Source of the DNA: Owenia fusiformis
Taxonomy: Eukaryota
Assembly: GCA_903813345.2 (NCBI GenBank)
Contig: CAIIXF020000001.1
Location: forward strand, 49,786,001 to 49,850,000
DNA length: 64,000 nucleotides
Direction: 5' to 3'
In this document: positions 1-11,900 of the stretch, one piece after another
How positions within the stretch are numbered: the first letter of the stretch is position 1
Layout of the letters: every line of letters starts with the position of its first letter
Notes under the pieces: generated by a model
Told to the model about the DNA's origin: nothing
Database searches by the model: none
Seen by the model: the letters and a program-made list of their open reading frames with translations, nothing else
Translations under genes and position numbers: made by a program

Positions 1-1093
1 AGGACCTACTCTCATCACACCCGCATATTGGGGCGCCACCTTTTTAAATCCTCTTGAACACAACCCGAACATTTCAATAGAGTTGATTTCATATACCCTC
101 GGATGGAGTTAATTTCTTGTATTTGATGAATGGTCAGTTGAGTTGCTGCTGCATTACATCAGGATTGTAACGGTGGCAGCATGGCCCTATAGTCCCATGA
201 CAATCTTTAAATATTAACTTTCAACTGAACATTCAAATTCACAAAATATGCCGCCATTTTGAACAAATATGAGGCAAAATGATGAATTATGTATTTGCGT
301 CAGTCATACTATGAACGCCAATAATATCAATAAAATAAGAGATGTTCCTTAAATATTTTTTTTGTATGTCAGAATTTTACTCTAGTTTTCAAATATGTCA
401 TCAGACTATGATAATAATGAAAATTAAAAAAGTTATTAAAGAAAAAGTGACCATTGAACAATTCTGTCCAGGCTACTAGTTATGAGAGTACTAGAGTGGA
501 GAGAACTATATGTATAGTGTATGTGTAAACAGTTAGAGGATAATGTGCCAAATCAACCATCACAATATATAAGGGAAAGCCAGTGTACTGGCAAGCATGC
601 AAGCCTACCAAAAACACATGATACATGTACAAGAATGCATTGTCACTGAATTAAAACTTAACATGTACAGGGTCAGGGTCACTAAACTTTCTCACAACAG
701 GTTAAATAAATGAAAGCAACAGGCAAAATTAATTGATATCATAAATTAACATGGAAAAGTTGAAAAGTCCCTAAAAACCACAGACGATTTTGTGATTACA
801 ACTTGTTTTTTATCCTTACTCATTCTTATCCTAACACATTCCCCTTTCTAATGGTAGTTCAAACCCTCACTTATTGATCCTGATTTGCTCAAGTTGTTAA
901 TTAAGCTATATTACAGTATGTGATGGTACTATAAGAGTACTGTGAGAGACGGATAGCAGAAGAAAAGGTTCAATTGAAGCACAGTATGCACATATACATG
1001 TAATTACATTTGTGTAATGAGCTTCATCGAGACACCACTGAAAATAAAATCAGCTGTATATGTAGTGATTGGGATAAACCTATAAGCAACAAC

Positions 1094-2899
1094 ATGGTGC
1101 AATGGAAAATGAAACTCAAAGTTTTGTTTGTCATTTCTGTGACTGTAGGAATGTGTATGTATATTTTGTTGCAAAATTCACCATTTCTGCAAACTAAAGA
1201 AACAAAACATGCCATACAACTAAACACATTGAGTGATGAAATTAAACTGGAGAAAGATACAAGAAGTTATAAAACTAAAACAGATTTGAAAACAATTAAT
1301 TGGTCTCATACAGTGCAAGATGAACGTAAATCGAGCAAAAGCATAAAAAGTGATAAAACAAAAACAGAAGTAAAAACAGTTGCTGAATCATCTAAAGTGC
1401 ATATAAGCAATACAAAAAGTTTGAGTATAGTGGAAAAATCTAGGTTCATGACATTTGGAGAAAACCCTCTATTGTCTGAGGAAATAAAAGTGAAAGAACA
1501 CTTTTTACAACTACTAAATGCAAGAAAAAAATATACAATCACCAAACATGTATACAAAGGATTGGAATTTCAAAATATTTGTGCCGTTCATTCTGAAGAA
1601 CTGATTCTGTCACAAGTGAAGCAGATGTATAAGCTTGCTGGATTAAAGATAGATCAAAAGTTCAATAAAGAATCTTTACAATATCTCTCACAAGATCTTT
1701 TTGGACCACGTTTATATCATTCAACCAAATATGATTACAGCATAGAGTGGAAACATGATGAACTACATCATAATGTTTATATGAAGATATCTGAAACATT
1801 CCTCAGAAAACCAACATATGGCGGTAGCAGCTTCAGAATTCATGTACAGGGTGTCCATAGTTTTTTGTGTCATGTCAAGGATAATTTCAATGGGATTTAT
1901 CATGTGTGTTGTCCTTATGTAGCACCCTGTAGTACTATAACTGTCACATTGATGTACATGTCTTATGGAGCATTCCTTGATGTACCAACCATTCAACCAG
2001 TTTCCCTAATTCTCGCTGAAATTCAAAATTGTGATTTACATCACAGGGATCAACAGTCGCATGAACAATTTGAGATGGCCATGATTGAAAAAGTTCATTG
2101 TGAGAGACAGCCAAAAGTTATTTCTAAGTATGGGAGGTGGATATTCAAAGATGGAGTTTTAAGATGGGGATTACACTCTAAGTGTCTTACAGAGATGATG
2201 GATCCAAAAGCGCTGAGAAATTGTTTCAACAAACTAAAAAACATTGATTGTTATGGGGACTCCCATCTCCGATATACAATGACTTATTTTGGATCATTTA
2301 TAAGAAACGACTTTGTTATTCAAATGTGGGAAAATTGGGGATTTAATCATTTCAATTTCAATTGGTGCCCTGGATTGCCTGTGGTTTGGAAATCACTAAG
2401 TAAAAAGTACATTCTCAATCTCCACAAAACCACCTCTTTTCAAAGCCAAGCAAAGGATCAACGAAACAGCACTATACTGATCAACAATGGATCATGGGAC
2501 TTAGATACAGGGCTATTCTCAGACTATCTCTATTCAATTCAATCTTTACTCGTGCCTCTTATAAGAAAATATCGCCAAAATCCAATATGGGACACAACAC
2601 CCATCATCTGGCTTAGTAATCCAGCATTCCCTCATGAGTACAGATTTATTTTCGATCATGGAGGACACCATAAAAGAAATGACTTTAGAGCTGCAGCTGC
2701 AAATTCTCTCATAGAGTCGCTTACTAAAGACTTGAAGGTGGAGTTCATTAACCAGCTGACCCCCTCAAGTATAAGGTCCAGTGATAATGTATGTAGTGCA
2801 CATTATATCTGCCAAAAAGATGTTAGTGGACCAGAAAAGGCAATAGGAGATGTAGGGATTGTAATTGCACATATGTTGTTTGATGAGATGTGTAAATAG
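1094..2899 (+). CDS. Intronless NXPE/PC-esterase-like (SGNH-fold acyltransferase/esterase) type II membrane protein, ~601 aa from the first ATG
   Basis: Long uninterrupted ORF (1010-2899; first in-frame ATG at 1094). N-terminal hydrophobic anchor (VLFVISVTVGMCMYILL) and a K/S/T-rich stem. NXPE-like motifs KPTYGGSSFRI and VKDNFNGIYHV, a GDS motif (CYGDSHLRY), NNGSWD and a C-terminal D-x-C-x-x-HY. Family assigned by motif recognition. Confidence 0.7.
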   Translation: MVQWKMKLKVLFVISVTVGMCMYILLQNSPFLQTKETKHAIQLNTLSDEIKLEKDTRSYKTKTDLKTINWSHTVQDERKSSKSIKSDKTKTEVKTVAESSKVHISNTKSLSIVEKSRFMTFGENPLLSEEIKVKEHFLQLLNARKKYTITKHVYKGLEFQNICAVHSEELILSQVKQMYKLAGLKIDQKFNKESLQYLSQDLFGPRLYHSTKYDYSIEWKHDELHHNVYMKISETFLRKPTYGGSSFRIHVQGVHSFLCHVKDNFNGIYHVCCPYVAPCSTITVTLMYMSYGAFLDVPTIQPVSLILAEIQNCDLHHRDQQSHEQFEMAMIEKVHCERQPKVISKYGRWIFKDGVLRWGLHSKCLTEMMDPKALRNCFNKLKNIDCYGDSHLRYTMTYFGSFIRNDFVIQMWENWGFNHFNFNWCPGLPVVWKSLSKKYILNLHKTTSFQSQAKDQRNSTILINNGSWDLDTGLFSDYLYSIQSLLVPLIRKYRQNPIWDTTPIIWLSNPAFPHEYRFIFDHGGHHKRNDFRAAAANSLIESLTKDLKVEFINQLTPSSIRSSDNVCSAHYICQKDVSGPEKAIGDVGIVIAHMLFDEMCK

Positions 2900-3413
2900 T
2901 AATATCACTACCCTTGGGTAGAGACTCGTAATTACAACCCTCGATGAGATTGGTGTGTCAGCATAGGCGTTGCCAGGGGGTGCAATGGGTGCGATCTCTT
3001 TTTATTTCAAGCTTCTAGTTTAATTTTGAAGGAAGTTACATCAATTATTGTAAAATTCAAAACAAATCTTTAAAAAATGTTTTTGCCTTGCTTATCCCTC
3101 GATGCACCCCCCCCTGACTGAAAACAAAAAAATTGGGCGATCGCAACCCCCCTTATTGAAAGCTGGCTATGTTTATGCTCAGTGTCATGACTATATTGGA
3201 GTTTGAATAATAAATTCTAGTGTAGGTGAAGGTCTTTTTCAACTCTTGATAAGGGTATTAAAATATCACCTGTTGTTCTGTATGTCACTATCAATAATTA
3301 AGCAACATGAGGTGTTTACAAATTTACTATTATTAACTTTATTTACTGTTTGTGCTGGTGTACTGTCTTGTATATTGTAGTTGTGTCTCGTATAAAGTCC
3401 CATTATTTCCACA

Positions 3414-3941
3414 TTTTTATCCCACGCAACAAAGTTTGGAGGGATATAGGGAATGCCTTAGTCCGTCCCTCCATCCGAAAAGTAGTGGAGCAATTTTGTT
3501 TATATTTGATATGTGAGTACTCATGAGCCTTGCACACTGTTAAATGACACTTTGGGCAGTAAAAAATTTACATTTTTTACTATAACTCGAAAAGTAATGG
3601 AGCGATTTTGTTCATATTTGATATGTGAATACTATAAGCATGGCACATTGTCTAGTAACACTTTTGAGAGTAGTTGCCATTTTTTACTATAACTCAAAAA
3701 GTAATAGAGCGATTTTGTTCATATTTTGATATATGAATACTCATAAGAATGGCACATTGTCTAGTAACACTTTTGAGAGTAGTTGCCATTTTTTACTATA
3801 ACTCAAAAAGTAATAGAGCGATTTTGTTCATATTTTGATATATGAATACTCATAAGAATGGCACACTATCTTATGACACTTTTGGTAGTAGTCATCCATT
3901 TAATGGGATTTGCTATACTTTGGCATTGCTGTTGCCTAGTT
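3414..3941 (+). mobile_element. Helentron-associated (HINE/DINE-like) non-autonomous element with ~97-bp internal tandem repeats
   Basis: TTTTATCCC...GGGATAT head, a GTCC microsatellite, and a GGGATTTGCTA...CTAGTT tail. Relatives at ~14067-14632, ~27070-27903, ~31305-31955 and ~35520-36370. Confidence 0.6.
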
Positions 3942-4230
3942 ACAATTGCATTTAGCTGATATTGTGAAATCAGAGGTTGAAGATTGGGACTTTATAACTT
4001 TTGAGTAGTAATTTTTAAAACTTGCTTTTTGTATGTGTAATCATGTAGGCCTTGCACAGCAAAAATCACTGATGAACAATAAATAAAGTCCATATCACTT
4101 TAAATCTTTTTTTAATTTGGTAAATGCAGCATTTGACCATTTCTTTTGATCTATTAAACCTATTTATATATAACTGACAAATGATGCAGATGAGCTCACT
4201 TCAATAATATGACTAGAAAATGGTCATTAA

Positions 4231-4602
4231 GGTCAGGGTGCATGTTTGGAATTTTGCTGCAACCCTTAATAGGGTTACATGTTATTTTTCAAATTTGAAT
4301 CACTCCTTCTCCACAATGTCCACATCTCTCACTTTTGCACAACAAGTGCACTAATGTACCTAGAAAAGAATGCAAAGAAGAATGTTTTGATAAATTGTAT
4401 AAAAAACAAAAAATGAATATGGCAATGAACTTATACATTTTACAAAAAGAATCTTATCACCAGTCTTTTCTAGGCACATAAGTTCACTCTTTGTGCAAAA
4501 CTGGAAGATGTAGACAATGTGTGGAAGGAGTGATTCCTGTTTGAAAAATAACATGTGACTCAGTTGAGGAATGCAGAAAAATTCCCAACATGCACCCTGG
4601 CC
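4231..4602. mobile_element. Kolobok-like MITE
   Basis: TTAA on both sides; ~30-bp TIR GGTCAGGGTGCATGTTTGGAATTTT / AAAATTCCCAACATGCACCCTGGCC. Confidence 0.75.
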
Positions 4603-5387
4603 TTAATGAGATAACTCTCAATTAATCTGTTGGGGGTGGCTTAAAATAAATTGATATATTTATGTTTATCTCCACATGTTTTCTAAGCAGGGATACATTG
4701 AATACCCCTATACCTTTATATTTTGAGTCACATGGTATCTGATGAGAGAACAAGTATCCCAGCATGGAAATAACATTTAAGTTCTGTACTCTATGGTTTA
4801 CAGATTTTTGCTACTCAATCTAAAACAAGACTGACATTTGTCATAATGGGATATTTTACATGTTCATAATTCCTAATAGATAATTGGGATAATTTGTCAT
4901 TTATTTATTCCTATGTGGATGTGCACATGACTTAATGAATACTGGTTGATTTAATGCATTCATGCCATGTATGCAAGTCCTCATACAAGACTATCTTGCT
5001 TAGAAATTGTCTATAATTCATTGAGCCCTTGGCTTAAATCCATAAAAATGTACTTGTATATAGAGAAGAATAGAAAATAAAATAATATTATGTATTATGA
5101 AATTAGAAAACTATTTTGTTGAATGTTTGTTCTCATGATACACCTCCATTATACACCTATATAGCTGATAATAGCCAAAAGCTACAATTCAATCAGTTTT
5201 ATGACCTGAATTAATCTATAAATATCATTTTAATGAACTTTAAAACAACTATGTCATCCTAAACTAATAATGATATGTTGCATGTGGAAGAAACTTAAAG
5301 GAAAATACCTTTATTTATCAAATACCAGGTTCCTTGAAAAATGATAACAAGTAAAATAAATAAATAAATAAATAAATAAATAGTTAG

Positions 5388-5764
5388 TTATGTTACCACC
5401 AAAAAGTGATGACATATTGTTATCGTCTCCGTTTTTGGTTGGCAATTGGCGGGTGGTGTTTGGCATCTGTAACAAATTCTTAAAACTTCCAATAACTTAA
5501 CAAATACTGTTTAGACTGACTTTTCAAAATCATCTACAAGTTTTCAGAATCTGACTACATTTAAGATTTGACCTTCAATGACCTTTTCAAGGTCAAAAAA
5601 GGTCAAAAAGGTATTTTTTCAACTACATATGTAGCTTCAAATTTATCAAATTCTTTTTTCAAAATCATCTACAGAATTCTCAGAAATTCAAATATGACTT
5701 AAGATTGAACTAATAATATTGTGAGCAACTAGGTGGTGACATTTTGTCATGTTAATGCCTTGTT
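5388..5764 (+). mobile_element. HINE-like element; other copies at ~9614-10024 and ~24606-24770
   Basis: Head ATGT(T/C)ACCACC...GTGATGACATAT; tail GGTGGTGACATTTTG...GTTAATGCCTTGTT. Confidence 0.6.
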
Positions 5765-5803
5765 TGACTCACATGTTTACGTATTTTCTATACTCTATTA
5801 TAG

Positions 5804-5909
5804 AAGGAGAAGGAAAAGAAAGAAAAAGATGAGAAGAAAAAGCAACATGCTGCAGAGAAGGCAGAGAAACAAGCAAAGAAAAAGGAAGCCTCAGCAACTA
5901 AAGACAAAG
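5804..5909 (+). CDS. DIS3L2: Putative DIS3L2 N-terminal Lys/Glu-rich exon ([19 protein letters not shown]...)
   Basis: tatag|AAG...AAAG|gtacaa. Its phase-1 end joins exon 11166 in frame. No homology support. Confidence 0.55.
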
Positions 5910-8900
5910 GTACAAAATGACCTTGCAATATTCATTACTTGGATCCATGATTTTTAAGAATGACTTTGAGTGACTCTTTGAAAGTCTTTTGCACTGAGGT
6001 GTCCAAGACATCAGTTCAAGTCTTTTGTTGGATTGCATTTGACATGGTTGGCTACATCTTCCACCACGTGCCATGATACTTATTTGGACTGTAGCGATCA
6101 TAAACTGTTTACTAGACACACACTGAACAATTCTTCCAGACATTTTTGGGAGGTTGGTCCAGATATCCCTGGTAAACATTAAGTTACATAATCCATGTTT
6201 AAATATATCTTAATCAAATCTTAATTGAAAATTGGCCATTGCTATAAGTCGGAAAGATTTAGGAAAATCAGTCTGTACATCTACATATAAAAAATGTTGG
6301 ACATATTGAATATCTGTTTATGTAAATAAAGTTGACAACGAACTTGGTTTTTGCAAGTTTTGGAGAACCCGTTTTGAAATGAAAATGACATCATTTATAT
6401 TATGGACACTAGCTGACGGACATTATAATTAATTTGAACTTATGATATACCAAATTAAAGATGAGTATTCAATTCCCTATCTACTGGATATAAAATGACA
6501 TGTTTTCATGAAGAAAATCAATATTTATTTTTGAAATACGAGTGTCCCATTTTTTTGTACCACCCTGTACAATGTACTTCGTATATAAATTGTATTAACC
6601 ATCTGATCAAAATATTTAGCAAATTTTTCGATTCTGGAGCTGGAGAAATGTTTTCTTTTTGCTGTACATGGTATTACTATATAATGTATATGCGGTATAA
6701 GGGACAACACGTGTGTGTGTGTGGGGGGGTGTTTTTGGTTGATGTGAATGGTATATATATGTAAACATATAATAATTTATCTGATATTTAATATCACTCT
6801 ATGTTGTACACCTTTATTTGTATTGTTTACCATTGAAAACACGATAATAAGCATATTTTGACAAACTTTGGCTAGCATTGTAAATATGAAAATTCAGACA
6901 TCATCAGATGTCTGTAAAGAAAACTTGATATTACATGTACTGTAATTCCTCAAATATTAGGCACCTAAAACAAGTATATGTAGATGTTTGTTGTGGTTAT
7001 GCAACTGAAGATATATTTCATATATTGAGTATCCCAAAAAAGTGACACTTTTTGACAAGTATTTTCTCAGCAAGAGATCAGTTACATTATGTGAGTATGG
7101 TTAAATTAAAAACAGCATACAAAATATCCAATATCAATGGAAAAGTCACCAATTTCAGTCTGAAAAAAGCTGTTTTTAACAAGTATTTTCTCAGCAAGAG
7201 ATCAGTTACATTATGTGAGTATTGTCAAATTAAAAACAGCATACAAAATATCCAATATCAATGGAAAAGTCACCAATTTCAGTCTGAAAGAAGCTGTTTT
7301 TAATAAGTATTTTCTCAGCAAGAGATCAGTTACATTATGTGAGTATTGTCAAATTAAAAACGGCATACAAAATATCCAATATCAATGGAAAAGTCACCCA
7401 TTTCAGTCTGAAAGAAGCTGTTTTTAATAAGTATTTTCTCAGCAAGAGATCAGTTACATTATGTGAGTATTGTCAAATTAAAAACAGCATACAAAATATC
7501 CAATATCAATGGAAAAGTCACCCATTTCAGTCTGAAAGAAGCTGTTTTTAATAAGTATTTTCTCAGCAAGAGATCAGTTACATTATGTGAGTATTGTCAA
7601 ATTAAAAACAGCATACAAAATATCCAATATCAATGGAAAAGTCACCCATTTCAGTCTGAAAGAAGCTGTTTTTAATAAGTATTTTCTCAGCAAGAGATCA
7701 GTTACATTATGTGAGTATTGTCAAATTAAAAACAGCATACAAAATATCCAATATCAATGGAAAAGTCACCAATTTCAGTCTGAAAGAAGCTGTTTTTAAC
7801 AAGTATTTTCTCAGCGATAGATTAGCTAAATTATTTGAAAATTGTCATTGATGAACTATAGGGTATCATTAGCAAGTGCTATGAAAGAGATTATTATGCA
7901 TTGTCAGATTATAAACAGCATGCAAAAATATCTTATATCAATGGAAAAATCACTTATTTCAGTCAGATAATGATAATTGATCATTATGAGTTCAAATATT
8001 CTTTATTGTTAATTTAGAAACAGCATTACAGACTGACCCTTTATTTCATATTTAATGTAGTATCAAGCAAAACGTGTATACATAATATATAACCGTGGCT
8101 GATTTACTTATCTTGATTTCTATTATGACCGCCTTGTACCAATGAGAAAGCCACGTGCTTAACCGACCTAATGTTTATGTCAGTAAATTTGACCAATCAA
8201 CAACGGCCCTGCAGCGTTAACTCATTATTATTCACGGTCAAAACAAGTACACTCTTCACGAACAAATCCTCCCGCAAATCTTGCACAATTCATCACGAAA
8301 ATACAAACAATCTATAAGATAAATATCAATCAGAGTTAAGTGGATGCTGGAGCATCGATCGGATACCCAGAGGTGAGACGATTTCAACAAGAAACTTTGA
8401 AAACTAGGGTTGAAAACATCGTTGAATTGTAGATCTAGGCCGATCAGATCAATCACTGAATTGACCTTTTTCCATAAAATGGAAAAATAGATGGCATCAT
8501 GGGTACTGGTAGGGCTAGGGCAGGGCTAGAATACATGTAAATATATTGCCAGAGTCACTTAATTTCTTGATTTAAGAAGTAATTGCATTTGGAACAACTT
8601 AAAACACAATTGGAATGTAACTTTATAATCTTGACATGTTGATTGTGATTTCACATTAAAATTGTGATCCTTGTAAGAGTAAATGAACTTTTATAGGTTT
8701 TTCAGCATTGTGTCAATGGGAATTTAGCCTGACCTTTTTTAGACAACCAGAAAATCATTAGAATTTGAATAAAGGTTAATAACGGTGCAAATCAAAGTTG
8801 TTTCAAAGTTGAAGAAAATGTTAGTTTTTAATGGTTAAAATCCAGATCTCCAAAAATCTCATTAAAAACGAGACTTTAACGAGATTTCAAAGCTGTATGG

Positions 8901-11900
8901 AAAAAGGACCATTAGATTGACAACTACATGGACTAGGTCTTCATGCATTTTCATCGCGAACTCAGTTTTAAATCAACAGGATTTAATTTATATTAATGAC
9001 TGCTTACATTCAAATGTACATCTAATTACATAATAAATCGTAACTCTGAAGAAATACTCGATCAGATCATTGAACTTTAAGTCGTAGACGGGTAGTTTGC
9101 CTTGTTTATGCGGGTAAACCTGAAAACATTTTGATTGGTCAATCAGCTTGAGGTCACACATCGTGTCCACGAAATCTGCCAATCAATAAGGTTTCGCGAT
9201 ACCCCTGACAGCGTAGGAATTATGGAAATCTCGAAACCGCTGAATAACTTATCATAGTATCAGCGATTATGCATTAGATTGTACAAGGTGGTAATAATTC
9301 AAGATCAGGATAAGTAAAAAAAATACCAACTTGGGCAAGGCTAGAAAACCCCCTGTACTTATAACTTAAAATAATGATAAGCAGGTGATTGATTTACTGT
9401 AGTATTAGCTTAGTTGTAATAGATGGTAAAGAGAGATTATATTTATATTGTTTAGAGAGGACATATTTACGTTCAATTATACACTCTGCATCGCACATAT
9501 TTATCTCATATATTTAAAGATGCAATGCATATGTGGTTTGTGCAAATTTATATACAATGTATTTAACATGTTTGAAATACATATTTATAAGATTCTAGTC
9601 TCAAAAACATATTATTATGTCACCACCAGAAGTGGTGACATATATATATACCGGTATATAACTTTTATTGACATCTTGTATCATTACATGATTACATTAG
9701 TCATAAACTGACTCACTAAAACTACTAAATTACTAACTAAAACTACATCTTATGAAAATGTACATGATTTGATATATTTACTGAAGGCATACAAGAAAGG
9801 CAAAATATTTTAAAGTGTGATGCACAAATTATGCTGATTATTCAAAATTGTTAAATGAATGATATATAAATTGTTACTATTCAGATCAAGTTTTGGTAAT
9901 TTTGTTATAATCTCCTACTTTTTTGTAGACATTGTTTGGCAGTTGGTGTTTGATGGTTGGTTTTTGTTGGTCAGTGTCTGTAACAAATGGCAGGTGGTGA
10001 CATTTTGCATGTTAATGCCATGTTGTATCATGTAATCATTTGTGTATTATGTGTATGTAAAACATAAACGGTAGTAAATATAAAAATAAATTATATCTTA
10101 CAAATATATATTTTGTATTTATACAGTCAGATGATTGATAAACAAAGTAAATTTTGGTCCTATCTTTTTACTTCAGATTAAAAGGGAACTGAATTTTAGT
10201 GGGGAATCACCAAGGCTTGCATTAACACTGCTACCCACCTAGTTACACAGACGTATCGTCAGTGTATCATGGCGGAACTACTTCCGGGACTAGGTTTCGG
10301 TAAGATGTTTTTATTTCCCTATTTACACCTACTTATAAGTCACGTTGTGGATCATAATTTGGCTCGAAGTTAAGGAAGATAGTCTAGTTTGAGAACGTGT
10401 CGATGGTTTAAGGTTTTATATATTAACGAAGACACAATTCACGTATTTAGTCCCTCGCTTTTGTTACACTGACAAACGACCAATATCAGTGTAATATTGG
10501 CAATATTAATGCCGATCGTCAGTGTAACAAAAGCGAGGGACTAAATATGTGAAATGCGTCTTCGTTAACATACCAAACCTAAAACCATCGACACATTCTC
10601 AAACTAGACTATCTCCCATAACTTCAAGCCAAATTATAATCCACATCGTGATTTAAAGGTAGTTGTAAATCGAGAAATGAAAATATCTTACTGAATTCAA
10701 ATCCCGGATGTAGTTCCGCCATGATACACTGACGATACGTCTGTGTAACTAGGTGGGTAGCAGTGATTAAGCTCTTGTATTTAACCTCGACGCGTGGGTT
10801 GGTGGGCGCTGGGTATAAAGTGGGCAGGGGATTCACCAGAGACCCAATGTAAGACTAGGAATAGAATATCCTATTAGTCCTTCATATTCCTTGTGTATGA
10901 TCAGAATTGGCCAGTAATATGCTTTCTAGCATAGCTATAGTACTGTACTGCAACTACCACATTATTCGAATAGAGTGTACATAGTCTATAAGGGAGGGTA
11001 GTTTCAACAGATGAACCCATTTATCTAGCTTTATCCATCTTTTATGGAAGTAAAATGGTTTGTCCAAAGTTGCATTATGAAATAATTAGATGTTTAAATC
11101 TGCATGTTTTGATTTTGATTTCAACTAGTGCATGTTCTTATCTGATGTTGTCTGTCTGCTTGTAGATGTAGGCCCTCAAAACCATAGAAACCACTCTGCT
11201 AATAAACAAAGAGCCCAGTCAGGGCAGAAACAGAAAAAACAGGTTTGGCCATTTTTCTATACGAAGTACTCCCTCAATTTTATTTTTATTTAATAGTAAA
11301 TCATAATCAAATCATGAGCCATTTTCTGATCCTGTTTGTTGCTGTTTTTTGCTTCATATCATTCTTGTATACTTAATAGTAAGGTAGCACAAGGGGCAAC
11401 ATAAGAAAAATAGAAAACAACCCATATAAATGAATTGAACAAATAATTGCATGAATCAATTTCATTTGAGGAATCTCTTAAGGCTTCAATGTACTGTATA
11501 TGTCTTGCATGCTGTGTTAGTAAGAGGCAGAAAAACACCAACACTTGATTTTTTAGGCATATCTCAAAGAAGCGTAACCTTTCAAATCTATTGAACCAAA
11601 TTGAATAAAGACATTTGTCATGTTATTTTCCAATTAATATTGTTTCACACACAGACTAAGAGCACCCAAAATCCAAAATGGAAAACCTTCATTTAAGTGG
11701 TATATGAATTGAAGATTTGACGGTTGACGGTTTACCATTTGTGTCCATTCAACATAGAATTTGACCACCATCATACAGGCCAAAGAAATCATTTGTTGTA
11801 GGGATGTCACGGTTTCCCAATATTGTCCCGTCGCTCGTGTCTTTGGTCTCGGGACGGGACAACCCTCGTATACCAAAGATTTCAGACCATGTTTAGGATA

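Noticed and set aside
1..72. Minus-strand open frame MFGLCSRGFKKVAPQYAGVMRVGP running off the window, with a YY1-like GCCGCCATTTTG at ~250
   Set aside because: It could be the start of a neighbouring gene, but 24 codons with no recognisable homology are not enough to call.
5733..5957. Arg/Lys-rich ORF in the ORF track
   Set aside because: It is the wrong frame of the 5804-5909 exon; the splice phase supports the KEKEKK frame.
7052..7799. Five repeated 70-83 aa ORFs
   Set aside because: They are artefacts of the 124-bp tandem repeat, whose length is not a multiple of 3.
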